NCBI GenBank assembly: GCA_018238625.1
Contig: JABCSY010000093.1
Coordinates: forward strand, 1-16,346
Direction: 5' to 3'
Origin: Promethearchaeota archaeon
Lineage (GTDB): Archaea; Asgardarchaeota; Lokiarchaeia; Sigyniarchaeales; SOKP01
DNA length: 16,346 bases
Each line of letters opens with the position of its first letter. Positions within the stretch are counted from its first letter, which is position 1. Made by a program: the position numbers and the translations under genes. Positions 7,230 through 15,451 of this stretch are shown here, piece after piece. The notes below the pieces were generated by a model. It did not search any database. It saw nothing but the letters and a program-made list of their open reading frames with translations, and had not been told where the DNA came from.

Positions 7230-8753
7230 CTAATTTCTATCTGATGATATAGCTCTTTCCATTTCTATTATTTTATTTACAGATTTTAGTGGATACTCCC
7301 CCGTTAGGCACGCCATACACAACTGATTTTTACTTTTTCCGATCGCACTAACAAGATCATCGATAGTTTGATATCGTAGAGAATCAGCACCTATTTTCTT
7401 TCTAATCTCTTCGATAAAGTTTTCCTCTCCATAAAGATTTTTGAAGCTTCCTGCAATTAATTCTGATGTTGTAGGAAAGTCAATACCCATGTAACATGGT
7501 CTTATTACAGGAGGACAACTAATTCTTACGTTAACAGATATCGCACCAGCTTCTCTAATCAAATTAATAATCTTTGTTGTAGTTGTTCCTCTTACTATTG
7601 AATCATCCAGTATAATTACATTCTTACCCTTGACAAAGGCTTTAATTGGGTTTAACTTTTCTTTTACAGCCGCTTCCCTATTTTTTTGTCCAGGCATTAT
7701 GAAAGTTCTCCACACATATCTATTCTTCATTAATCCCTCTACATAAGGTAGTTTTGCTTGTTGTGCGTAACCTACAGCTGCACTTCTCCCCGAATCAGGT
7801 ACTGGAACTACGATTGCATTTTCTTTAAATTTAGGGTCGTCCAATAAGGGATCGTTTTTGGCTAAATTTATCCCTAATTGCAACCTTGTCTGAGCAATAG
7901 AAATGCCATCAATAATTGAATCAGGGCGTGCGAAATATACGAATTCAAACTGACAAAGAGCTGTTCTATCGCTTTTAATTAATATTTCGGAGTGTAATTC
8001 TTTTTGATGACTTAAATGAACGATCTCTCCAGGTTCTACATCTCTAATGAGTTTTCCACCCACAACGTCAATACCACAAGATTCAGATGAGATGATGTAA
8101 TGATGTCTTTCTTCAGTTTTTAATTCTCCTATACATAAGGGTTTAAATCCCAAGGGATCTCTAATAGCGTAAATATCTCCTTCAGCCGTTAGTATTAAAA
8201 GCGAATAAGATCCGTCTAAAGATTTACTTGCAATCTTCAGAATGTTGGGCCAACCTTCAGTCCTTAAAGCAATAAATGCTATTAATTGGGCTATTACTTC
8301 TGTATCTGTATTTGTGACAAAAATTCTTCCCTTTTCTTCTAAATTTTGTTTTATCTCTGTATAATTAGGTATGGTTCCATTAAAGGCTAAGGAAAACTCG
8401 ATTTCGTGGTTATTAAAGTGAAAAGGTTGCATGTAATCAGGAGATTCAAACTCTTGGGCTCCAGTTGTTGCGTACCTATTATGCCCAATTCCAACATTGC
8501 CCCATAATTTGGACAACACTTTATCGTTTAACACTGTGGAAACTAATCCTTTTTTCTTGTAAGTAAAAATTCTTCCGCCCGTTTTAAGAATAGAAACTCC
8601 CGTAGATTCTTGACCGCGATGTTGCTGAGAAATTAAACCGCTATATAACAATTTAGAAACAGAATAGGTAATGTCGTTACAAGCTATACCAAAAACCGCA
8701 CAGTTTTCCCGTGGTTTATCTCTCTTAAGACTGGTTTTATGCTTTAGAGCCAT
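7230..8753 (-). CDS. purF: Amidophosphoribosyltransferase, canonical type with propeptide and Fe-S ligands
   Basis: 17-aa propeptide then Cys18 (RENCAVFGI), QHRGQES, GHNRYATTG, TDTE, RDPLGFKPL, CQFEFVYFARPDS, PVPDSG, DDSIVRGTT, SCPP..PCYMGIDF, LCMAC. Confidence 0.95.
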   Translation of the reverse strand: MALKHKTSLKRDKPRENCAVFGIACNDITYSVSKLLYSGLISQQHRGQESTGVSILKTGGRIFTYKKKGLVSTVLNDKVLSKLWGNVGIGHNRYATTGAQEFESPDYMQPFHFNNHEIEFSLAFNGTIPNYTEIKQNLEEKGRIFVTNTDTEVIAQLIAFIALRTEGWPNILKIASKSLDGSYSLLILTAEGDIYAIRDPLGFKPLCIGELKTEERHHYIISSESCGIDVVGGKLIRDVEPGEIVHLSHQKELHSEILIKSDRTALCQFEFVYFARPDSIIDGISIAQTRLQLGINLAKNDPLLDDPKFKENAIVVPVPDSGRSAAVGYAQQAKLPYVEGLMKNRYVWRTFIMPGQKNREAAVKEKLNPIKAFVKGKNVIILDDSIVRGTTTTKIINLIREAGAISVNVRISCPPVIRPCYMGIDFPTTSELIAGSFKNLYGEENFIEEIRKKIGADSLRYQTIDDLVSAIGKSKNQLCMACLTGEYPLKSVNKIIEMERAISSDRN

Positions 8754-8879
8754 GTTATTACTTTAATGAAGAATAAGGTTTTTAAAATCTACAATAACTA
8801 CAACTAATTTAAATGATTTATAATTTTTAATAATTGGTTTAATTGATTATTAATTACTTTTAGAGAAAGTTGTTAGGAA

Positions 8880-9551
8880 ATTAGCGATAAAAATAAATAC
8901 CTTGCTTTTGTTATCTTAATTGGCGGAAAAAGCGCTCGATTCGGTTCAGATAAAGGGCTCTTTAAATTTCGAGGAAAGGTTTTAATTGATTACCAGCTAG
9001 AAACCCTCTCTCGCTTTAAATACGATATTTTTCTCGTTGCTAATTCAAAGCAACAAGTCCAAAATTACGTCAATAATATTGATTTTAAAAAGGTAACGGG
9101 TTTCATTATTGACGATTATGACCTTATTCAAGATCAAGAATCGCGATTGCCTCTGATTGGTTTATATTCTGCCTTTAAAGAATTAAAAAACTTAGAATAT
9201 GAAAAGATGTTCGTTCTTCCATGTGACACTCCTCTAATTAAACATGAACTAATAGATTTATTATTAACACAATGTAAAAAATTTGATTGTTGTATTCCAA
9301 AATGGAAAGAGAGTTATTTAGAACCATTATTTGCTATTTATCACGTTAATAAAGCGTACGAAACCTCGTTAAGAAATTTACGACAAAAGCATTATAAATT
9401 GACGAAGATTATCGACCAAGATTGGAAAATCAACTACATCTCAATTGAACAAGACGTTAAAAAATTAGATCCTAACCTTTTGTCCTTTAAAAATATTAAC
9501 AAACTAGCAGATATTAAAACATTAGAATCGGTCTTTGACAAGAATCTATAA
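8880..9551 (+). CDS. mobA: Molybdenum cofactor guanylyltransferase MobA-like NTP transferase; start extended upstream of the ORF-track call
   Basis: The frame of ORF 9147..9551 is open back to TAG 8874-8876 and contains ILIGGKSARFGSDKG, then PLIGLYSA, VLPCDTP, EPLFAIY, FKNIN. No in-frame ATG/GTG/TTG before the N-terminal motif; ATT at 8880 is the proposed start (223 aa). Confidence 0.85.
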   Translation: MSDKNKYLAFVILIGGKSARFGSDKGLFKFRGKVLIDYQLETLSRFKYDIFLVANSKQQVQNYVNNIDFKKVTGFIIDDYDLIQDQESRLPLIGLYSAFKELKNLEYEKMFVLPCDTPLIKHELIDLLLTQCKKFDCCIPKWKESYLEPLFAIYHVNKAYETSLRNLRQKHYKLTKIIDQDWKINYISIEQDVKKLDPNLLSFKNINKLADIKTLESVFDKNL

Positions 9552-9588
9552 AAAATATAAAATAAAAAAGAAATATTTTAAAATTAAA

Positions 9589-10077
9589 TTAATCTCGTGG
9601 CATAATTGAACCAACTAGTCCTAACACGCCCCCAGCAATCAAGAAATAAGCCCCTAAACCTAAATCGCCAAGTGATACAAGAATAGGGAAAAAGTCTCCG
9701 AAATGTTCACCTATGGTAAAAAATGTGAAAAGTGCAGTCATAGGACCTAAGATCTCTGTGTAAAAGAGTAACATAAACATTATTCCAATACCCAGGGGAA
9801 AAAGTGAAAAGATAATGCCAACGATTTTAACTTTTAAACCAACTAATTGTAGTACTCCAGAAACAAGCCAGATTATAAAAAGAACCAACATGAAATAGAA
9901 AGTAATCGCATCAGCGCCCAATGAACTAGGATCTATTGCTATTATATCAAAAAGGTTCGTAGCGAATCCTAAACCAGAGCCTACAACACCAGGCCAAAAT
10001 AAGAAAAGAGCAAAAACATATGTCCCGAGGATAGATAGGGTCGCTCCTAAAATTAATAAAAGTTTACCAACTGCCAA
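9589..10077 (-). CDS. Hypothetical integral membrane protein (about 4 TM helices)
   Basis: 162 aa, almost entirely hydrophobic and Gly-rich; TTG start preceded by an SD-like GTGA. Confidence 0.8.
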   Translation of the reverse strand: MAVGKLLLILGATLSILGTYVFALFLFWPGVVGSGLGFATNLFDIIAIDPSSLGADAITFYFMLVLFIIWLVSGVLQLVGLKVKIVGIIFSLFPLGIGIMFMLLFYTEILGPMTALFTFFTIGEHFGDFFPILVSLGDLGLGAYFLIAGGVLGLVGSIMPRD

Positions 10078-10460
10078 ATTTTATCACTAAAAGTTATTTT
10101 TTATTTTTTTATAAAAGATGTTAATTAATTTATAGATATATTCTTCCACTCTTAAAAAAATTTAGTTTGTTAATGACTATTTAGTCTATTTTTTAAGTTT
10201 TTAATTTTTTTATTCAATTTGATTTCCATCTATCTAAAATCATAGATGTATCCTAATTTTTAGCTTATGAATTCAAAATTCACATCTTATTTTTTATTAA
10301 AACGATCTTTTAATACCGATAATCCAATTCTCATATTAACTTTAATTAAATAATAAATCTTTATAAAAATAATAGATTTTTAATACTAATAGTACAATTT
10401 CAAATTAAATTGTCAATTTAAGATTAATCAAAACTAAACTTATAACTAAGGAAATTTACG

Positions 10461-12182
10461 ATGAGCGATTTAATAATAAAGAATGGCTTAGTTTACGACC
10501 CTTTGAATAACATCGACGGCGAAAAGAAGGATATCTACATAAAAGATGGCGTGGTTGTTGATAAGGTTAATGGTGACGCCAAAGTTATCGATGCCAAGGG
10601 CATGATAATTATGCCGGGAGGAGTTGATATTCATTCACACATCGCTGGGGCAAAAGTAAATACTGGACGATCTTTTCGACCAGAAGATAAAGTGCCAGAG
10701 TATAACGAGAAGAAAACTAAAATAAGGCGATCTGGCACTGGATTTAGCGTGCCAAGCACTTGGGCTACGGGTTATAGATACGCTACGTTAGGATATACCA
10801 CTGTGTGTGAACCTGCTATGCCTTTATTGGAGGCTCGACACACTCACGAAGAGTTTCTAGAAACACCTATTCTCGATAAATTAGCGATGCCAATCTTTGG
10901 AAATAACTGGTATGTCCTTAAATTTGTAAGGGAGAACGATATCGAAAAATTAGCGGCCTACGTAAATTGGATTATGAAAGCTACGAAAGGTTATGCGATT
11001 AAGATAGTGAACCCAGGAGGAGTGGAAAACTGGGCATGGGGCAAGAATTGCGATAGCGTGGATTCACCCGTCTTGCATTGGGATGTTACACCAAGGCAGA
11101 TTGTTGAAGGTCTAGCAAAAGCAAACGAACTATTAGGATTGCCACATTCAATTCATGTCCATTGTAATAATTTAGGTCACCCAGGAAACTACGAGCATTC
11201 AATAGAGACATTTAAGATTTGTGAAGGAATTGAACCCTATGGTGAGAGAGAGCGATCGTTTCATGTAACCCACCTACAATTCAATGCTTACGCGGGTACA
11301 AATTGGGGAAATTTCGAGTCTGGAGCGTCGCAAATAGCAGAGTATGTCAATTCGCACAAACACATGTCTCTGGATACCGGCCAAGTTGTTTTTACAAAAT
11401 ACGCTACTACTACAATGACTGGCGACGGTCCGTGGGAGCACGCACTGCATCACCTTGGAGGTATGAGCCCTTGGGGCGCAAAACCAGGAATGAAATGGAT
11501 AAACGGTCAAATCGAAGGGGAGTCAGGATCGGGAGTAGTACCCTATTTCTTTTCTCCGAAGACGGGAGTAAACGCCATCCAATGGGCAATTGCCCTCGAG
11601 TTAATGCTCTTAATCAAAGATCCTTGGCAGATTAGTCACACGACAGACCATCCCAACGGAGCTCCCTTTATGACTTATCCTATCGTATTCAAATGGTTAA
11701 TGGATCGCAAATCCCGAAAAGATATGTTAGAAAATGTCGTCTCAAAGAAAGCAAGCACAGCCACGACCTTGCCAGACCTTGATAGAGAATTTACATTGAA
11801 TGAATTATGCATTGTTACGAGAGCAGGAAACGCGAAAACCTTGGGACTAAGAGATCGAGGTCATCTTGGCGTTGGAGCCATAGGCGATGTGGCGGTTTAT
11901 AAGTTAGATCCAAACAAGATGGATGGACATTCGATTGAGAAGGCGTTTTCGAGAGCAGCGTACACGATAAAGGAAGGTCAAATAGTCGTGAAAAACGGTG
12001 AAATCATGGCAGCACCTATGGGAACATTGATTCGCGCTGAAGGGAAAATCAAGGAAAGCGTTCACGAAGTTATGATGGAAGATGTGAAAGCGTCTTGGCG
12101 GGACCACTACAGCATTAATTTTAACAACTACGCGGTACAAGACGCTTACGCTCCAAAAGAAAAGATTGTTAACGGAACTTAA
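10461..12182 (+). CDS. fwdA: Formylmethanofuran dehydrogenase subunit A (amidohydrolase subunit)
   Basis: IIKNG.VYDP.N, PGGVDIHSHIAGAKVN.GR..RPED, G.SVPST..TGY.YA.LGYTT, KIVNPGG.E.W.WGKN, LGLPHSIHVHCNNLGHPGN, TH.QF..Y.G, TTDHPNGAPF, TRAG.AK.LGL; 573 aa; AAGGA upstream. Confidence 0.95.
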   Translation: MSDLIIKNGLVYDPLNNIDGEKKDIYIKDGVVVDKVNGDAKVIDAKGMIIMPGGVDIHSHIAGAKVNTGRSFRPEDKVPEYNEKKTKIRRSGTGFSVPSTWATGYRYATLGYTTVCEPAMPLLEARHTHEEFLETPILDKLAMPIFGNNWYVLKFVRENDIEKLAAYVNWIMKATKGYAIKIVNPGGVENWAWGKNCDSVDSPVLHWDVTPRQIVEGLAKANELLGLPHSIHVHCNNLGHPGNYEHSIETFKICEGIEPYGERERSFHVTHLQFNAYAGTNWGNFESGASQIAEYVNSHKHMSLDTGQVVFTKYATTTMTGDGPWEHALHHLGGMSPWGAKPGMKWINGQIEGESGSGVVPYFFSPKTGVNAIQWAIALELMLLIKDPWQISHTTDHPNGAPFMTYPIVFKWLMDRKSRKDMLENVVSKKASTATTLPDLDREFTLNELCIVTRAGNAKTLGLRDRGHLGVGAIGDVAVYKLDPNKMDGHSIEKAFSRAAYTIKEGQIVVKNGEIMAAPMGTLIRAEGKIKESVHEVMMEDVKASWRDHYSINFNNYAVQDAYAPKEKIVNGT

Positions 12183-12185
12183 AAC

Positions 12186-12208
12186 TTTTTTATTTCTTAC
12201 TTTTTCTT
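12186..12208 (+). terminator. T-rich terminator candidate after fwdA
   Basis: ttttttatttcttactttttctt directly after stop 12182. Confidence 0.45.
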
Positions 12209-12312
12209 AAAATCTTTCTATACACAATTATTTTACACTATCTTTACATCTAACAACTTAAAAAACTAAATAAGAGAAAACATTTAAATAACAGAAAATT
12301 AATAGTTATGGT

Positions 12313-12334
12313 AAAGTAAGACAAAAGTAAGACA
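12313..12334. repeat. Perfect 11-bp tandem direct repeat (AAAGTAAGACA x2), possible operator
   Basis: 12313-12323 and 12324-12334 are identical; one helical turn spacing; about 60 nt before the structured element. Confidence 0.6.
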
Positions 12335-12396
12335 CAACTTTTGAATTAAAATTTAAATCATGAATTAAAAAAAATAAAATAGGTAAATTTAACCAT

Positions 12397-12506
12397 GACT
12401 CCTGCACCGCCCTGGATTTTTGTCTTTTGGTAGTGCGTAAAGCACTTATCTAATACTCCCCCTATTTTGTTTTTGACCTTCTTATTAGGTCTTGGTCGCA
12501 GGAGTC
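12397..12506. ncRNA. Candidate structured non-coding RNA or cis-element of unknown family (strand uncertain, + slightly favoured)
   Basis: GC-rich island in an AT-rich spacer. GACTCCTGC-ACC (12397-12408) pairs with GGT-C-GCAGGAGTC (12494-12506), 12 bp with one bulge. Internal hairpins AGTGC-gtaaa-GCACT (12432-12446) and GACCT-tcttatt-AGGTC (12475-12491). Confidence 0.55.
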
Positions 12507-12715
12507 TCCCTTTTCACATTAAAGGTTTTTATTTTTTTTTAAAGGTTTTTAGAGAGATATTAATTATTTTAGAGCTTAATTTTAAAGAGATATTTAGATT
12601 TATTAGACAAATATTAAGATATCGTACTAAAATTTATATTATAAAGTCTCCTTTTTAAGCAGTAAAGCTATTTCGAAAATATATTCGTATAATCATTAAG
12701 TAAACGTCAAGTTCA

Positions 12716-13120
12716 ATGAAAGGGTTAAAGAAAAGGCGGGAGTTTAAAACTTCGCTTGAAGACTTGTTAAAAGATATTATGGATAATATCGAGGGTGTGA
12801 AAGCAGCGCAGCTTACGGCGGATACGGGTCAACCACTCGCATCTATACTACCTTCAAGTGCAGACGACATGCGATTAGCTGCCATGACTGCAGCACTTTG
12901 TTCATTGAGCGAACGTGCTATTGGAGAAATGGGTCTTGGCGAATTTGAACAATCGTACGTAAAAGGAAGTAAGGGATACTTATTGATTTTACATGCCGGG
13001 GAAGATAGAGTTTTAAGTGTGTCTACTACAAAAGACGTCAAGCTCGCGCCAATTTTGTATAAGCATTACAAACAACTAGAAGAGGGCGACGAAATAGTAA
13101 GTAGTACGCCACCTATTTAA
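12716..13120 (+). CDS. Roadblock/LC7 (MglB-like) domain protein
   Basis: GVKAAQL...G.PLAS.LP...D..RLAAMTAAL.SLSERA..EMG.GEFEQ.YVKG.KGYLL...AG...VL.V.T...VKL pattern; family is expanded in Asgard archaea. Confidence 0.9.
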   Translation: MKGLKKRREFKTSLEDLLKDIMDNIEGVKAAQLTADTGQPLASILPSSADDMRLAAMTAALCSLSERAIGEMGLGEFEQSYVKGSKGYLLILHAGEDRVLSVSTTKDVKLAPILYKHYKQLEEGDEIVSSTPPI

Positions 13121-13132
13121 CGCCAAAATCAC

Positions 13133-13933
13133 TTATATTTGCTTCCTTAACCCTAATTCTTCTGGTGTTACTTTATGAAATTTTTCATATCCAGGCACAG
13201 TCATTCTTAAAAAAAAAAGATATTTAATCTTGTCCAAAAGATTATGCTTCTTTGGAAAGGCGGGGTATCCCTCGTTAAATTTTTGCTCCCGAAAGTTTTC
13301 TGTGAAGTGGCCTGTACTAAAAAATCTCCCTAAGAAAAGGAATTTTCTAAAAAATCCTACTAATTTAGAGCTTAATGGAGTTACTTGGCTTCTATGTTGA
13401 GACAATGCTTCAACAACGATTTGGATGTCTTTCCACTTGCATTTTAATTTGAAATTTGGTTTGAAAGAGTAGTAATAAAAAACGCGAGCAGGTAATTCGT
13501 TTTTGTTTAGCTTCTTAAGGGCAAAGAAAGGCAATCTACCAGTGTTTATGTGATCGGGATGATAATCAAGAGCATACCAAGGGTCTGGCGCGAATATAAT
13601 ATCAGGTTTTTCAGTACGAATTATATCTACAACTTTATTCAAAGCTGATTTATTCATTGGAAGGTACCCATCGATATAACCTACTTTTAAAACTCGAACA
13701 TGGTTTTTAGTGTATTTAGCGTACACATTGTTTGCGTTTTCTAATTCTCTAGTACGGATTTTTTTCAAACGAGCCCCCTTAAATTCAATGCGATGCGTTC
13801 CAAATTCACAATTAGTCATCAGCACTTCTACAACATCATTTCCTAACCTTAACGATTCAAGAAATGTAAACGGCACGCCAAATTCGATGTCGTCGATATG
13901 TGGAGTAAAAAAAAGAATTTTAAATGGCTTCAT
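13133..13933 (-). CDS. PIG-L / LmbE family metal-dependent deacetylase
   Basis: ILFFTPHIDDIEFG (PHxDD), R..E...A, DG.L, PDIIF, HPDH, H.SQ. ATG 13933 (MKPFK) preferred over the ORF-track TTG 13981, which lies inside cysS. Confidence 0.88.
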   Translation of the reverse strand: MKPFKILFFTPHIDDIEFGVPFTFLESLRLGNDVVEVLMTNCEFGTHRIEFKGARLKKIRTRELENANNVYAKYTKNHVRVLKVGYIDGYLPMNKSALNKVVDIIRTEKPDIIFAPDPWYALDYHPDHINTGRLPFFALKKLNKNELPARVFYYYSFKPNFKLKCKWKDIQIVVEALSQHRSQVTPLSSKLVGFFRKFLFLGRFFSTGHFTENFREQKFNEGYPAFPKKHNLLDKIKYLFFLRMTVPGYEKFHKVTPEELGLRKQI

Positions 13934-13955
13934 ATTTTTAAAAAAATAAATTAAA

Positions 13956-15398
13956 TTATGTCTTTTTGTCTTCGATATCAATACCCAATTCTCTTAACCG
14001 TTCGCGTATTACGTCGCTTAGGTCGTAGATTTTTTTATCTCTTAATTTAGCGCGAATTTCAATTGTTAAATTTATAAGGCTTTTAATGAGTTTATCTTTC
14101 TCATCCATGCTTTCAAACGAGAAGGGCGTCATTTTAGCGTTTAAAGATGGAAAAATCCCGAAAATCTTTTCGATAAATTCTATAAATTTGAAAAATCGAT
14201 CCTTAAATTCTTGGCTTATTTTCAAGCCATCTTGTAGTATAGCTTTGTTGATTTCTTTAAATAATATCAGCAACTCTGCCAAAGCTACAGGAGTGTCAAA
14301 ATCATCCTCCATAGCGTCAACAATTTTGTTTTCCGCAGTTTCGATTTTTGCAATTAAATCGTCAAGTTGCTTTGATTTCGCTTCAGCAAATTCTGCGTCG
14401 TTCACTTTTTTAATCGTGTTTATTAATCGGTTATAAGTATTTTTGGCTTGTTCCATGCTTTCAATAGTATAATTATTTGAACTTCGATAATGACTCGATA
14501 TCAAATACCAACGGATAATCATTGGGTCGTACTGTTTGGCAATATCTGCTACTGTGAAAAAGTTTCCGAGACTTTTAGACATTTTTTCATTTTTTACATT
14601 AACATAACCGTTATGAAGGAAATAATTCGCAATTTTTTTACCAGTGTAAGACTCTGATTGCGCGATTTCGTTCCTGTGGTGTGGAAATTTCAAGTCTTGA
14701 CCTCCACCGTGTAGATCAATTGTTTCGCCTAAAAAGTTCAGGATCATAGCAGAACATTCAATGTGCCATCCAGGTCGTCCAACACCCCAAGGACTTTCCC
14801 AGAAAGGCTCTCCTTCTTTCATTTTTTTCCACAAAGCAAAATCTCGACTATCTAACTTATCCTCTCCAAATGCAGTATCTTGATCGACAGTGTAATCTTC
14901 TTCTTCGCTTTCCTTTCCTTCATCTTTACTCTTTTGAAGAATGGAACTATATTCCGGAAACGATTTAACTGAAAAGTATACGGAACCATTTTTCTCGTAA
15001 GCGTGTTCCTTAGAAATTAGTTCTTGAATAAAATTAATTATAAAATCTATTACTTCGGTTGCACGTGGATTTCGTGTGTCTTGCTCGACATTGAGCATTT
15101 CCATGATCTCTTCGTATTCAGCGATATATTGATCGCTTAAAGTCCTGAAATCGACGTTTTTTTCTTTGGAACTTTTAATTATTTTATCGTCAATATCAGT
15201 ATAATTTTTAACGATATTTACTTTATAGCCCTTAAACTTTAAATATCTGTGAATCAAATCAAAAGCGACCGCGGACTTTGCGTGACCAAGGTGTGGCGAA
15301 CCATATACTGTAACGCCACAAACGTACATCTTGACTTTTCCGGGTTCGATTGGCTTAAATTCTTCCTTTTTAAATGTTAAGCTATTATAAACTTTCAC
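13956..15398 (-). CDS. cysS: Cysteine--tRNA ligase
   Basis: MYVCGVTVY..PHLGH, NYTDIDDKII, DFALWK, WESPWG.GRPGWHIECS, DLHGGG.DLKFPHHRNE, KMSKSLGNF, HYRS, DDFDTP; anticodon-binding C-terminus R...R....Y..SD.IR..L...GI.IED. GTG start with AGGTG upstream. Confidence 0.97.
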   Translation of the reverse strand: MKVYNSLTFKKEEFKPIEPGKVKMYVCGVTVYGSPHLGHAKSAVAFDLIHRYLKFKGYKVNIVKNYTDIDDKIIKSSKEKNVDFRTLSDQYIAEYEEIMEMLNVEQDTRNPRATEVIDFIINFIQELISKEHAYEKNGSVYFSVKSFPEYSSILQKSKDEGKESEEEDYTVDQDTAFGEDKLDSRDFALWKKMKEGEPFWESPWGVGRPGWHIECSAMILNFLGETIDLHGGGQDLKFPHHRNEIAQSESYTGKKIANYFLHNGYVNVKNEKMSKSLGNFFTVADIAKQYDPMIIRWYLISSHYRSSNNYTIESMEQAKNTYNRLINTIKKVNDAEFAEAKSKQLDDLIAKIETAENKIVDAMEDDFDTPVALAELLILFKEINKAILQDGLKISQEFKDRFFKFIEFIEKIFGIFPSLNAKMTPFSFESMDEKDKLIKSLINLTIEIRAKLRDKKIYDLSDVIRERLRELGIDIEDKKT

Positions 15399-15451
15399 GA
15401 TATTTTATACACCTTAATAGAGCGTACTATTAGCGATAAAAGGGGAATAAG

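Noticed and set aside
11274-12140. ORFs 11274-11510, 11303-11635 and 11904-12140
   Set aside because: Alternative-frame or antisense shadows in the more GC-rich fwdA.
12397-12506. SECIS element for fwdA, Moco/Wco or c-di-GMP riboswitch, or Y RNA
   Set aside because: fwdA has no in-frame TGA and the AUGA/GA SECIS geometry is not met; riboswitch and Ro-binding consensus motifs match only in fragments or in the wrong order.
12467-12658. 63-aa ORF, and TAG read-through from ATG 12395 (pyrrolysine-like)
   Set aside because: Low-complexity F/L/I/K sequence running through T-tracts, no recognisable domain, and no pyl genes in view.
13934-13981. 26-nt overlap of the PIG-L gene with cysS
   Set aside because: Arises from the longest-ORF TTG; ATG 13933 places the first beta strand and PHxDD at the usual N-terminal position.
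12829-14436. Antisense ORFs 12829-13041, 13710-13949 and 14086-14436
   Set aside because: Fully overlap well-supported genes on the opposite strand.
13956-15398. MshC (mycothiol ligase) rather than CysRS
   Set aside because: The C-terminal anticodon-binding motif is retained and a tRNA-Cys gene is adjacent.
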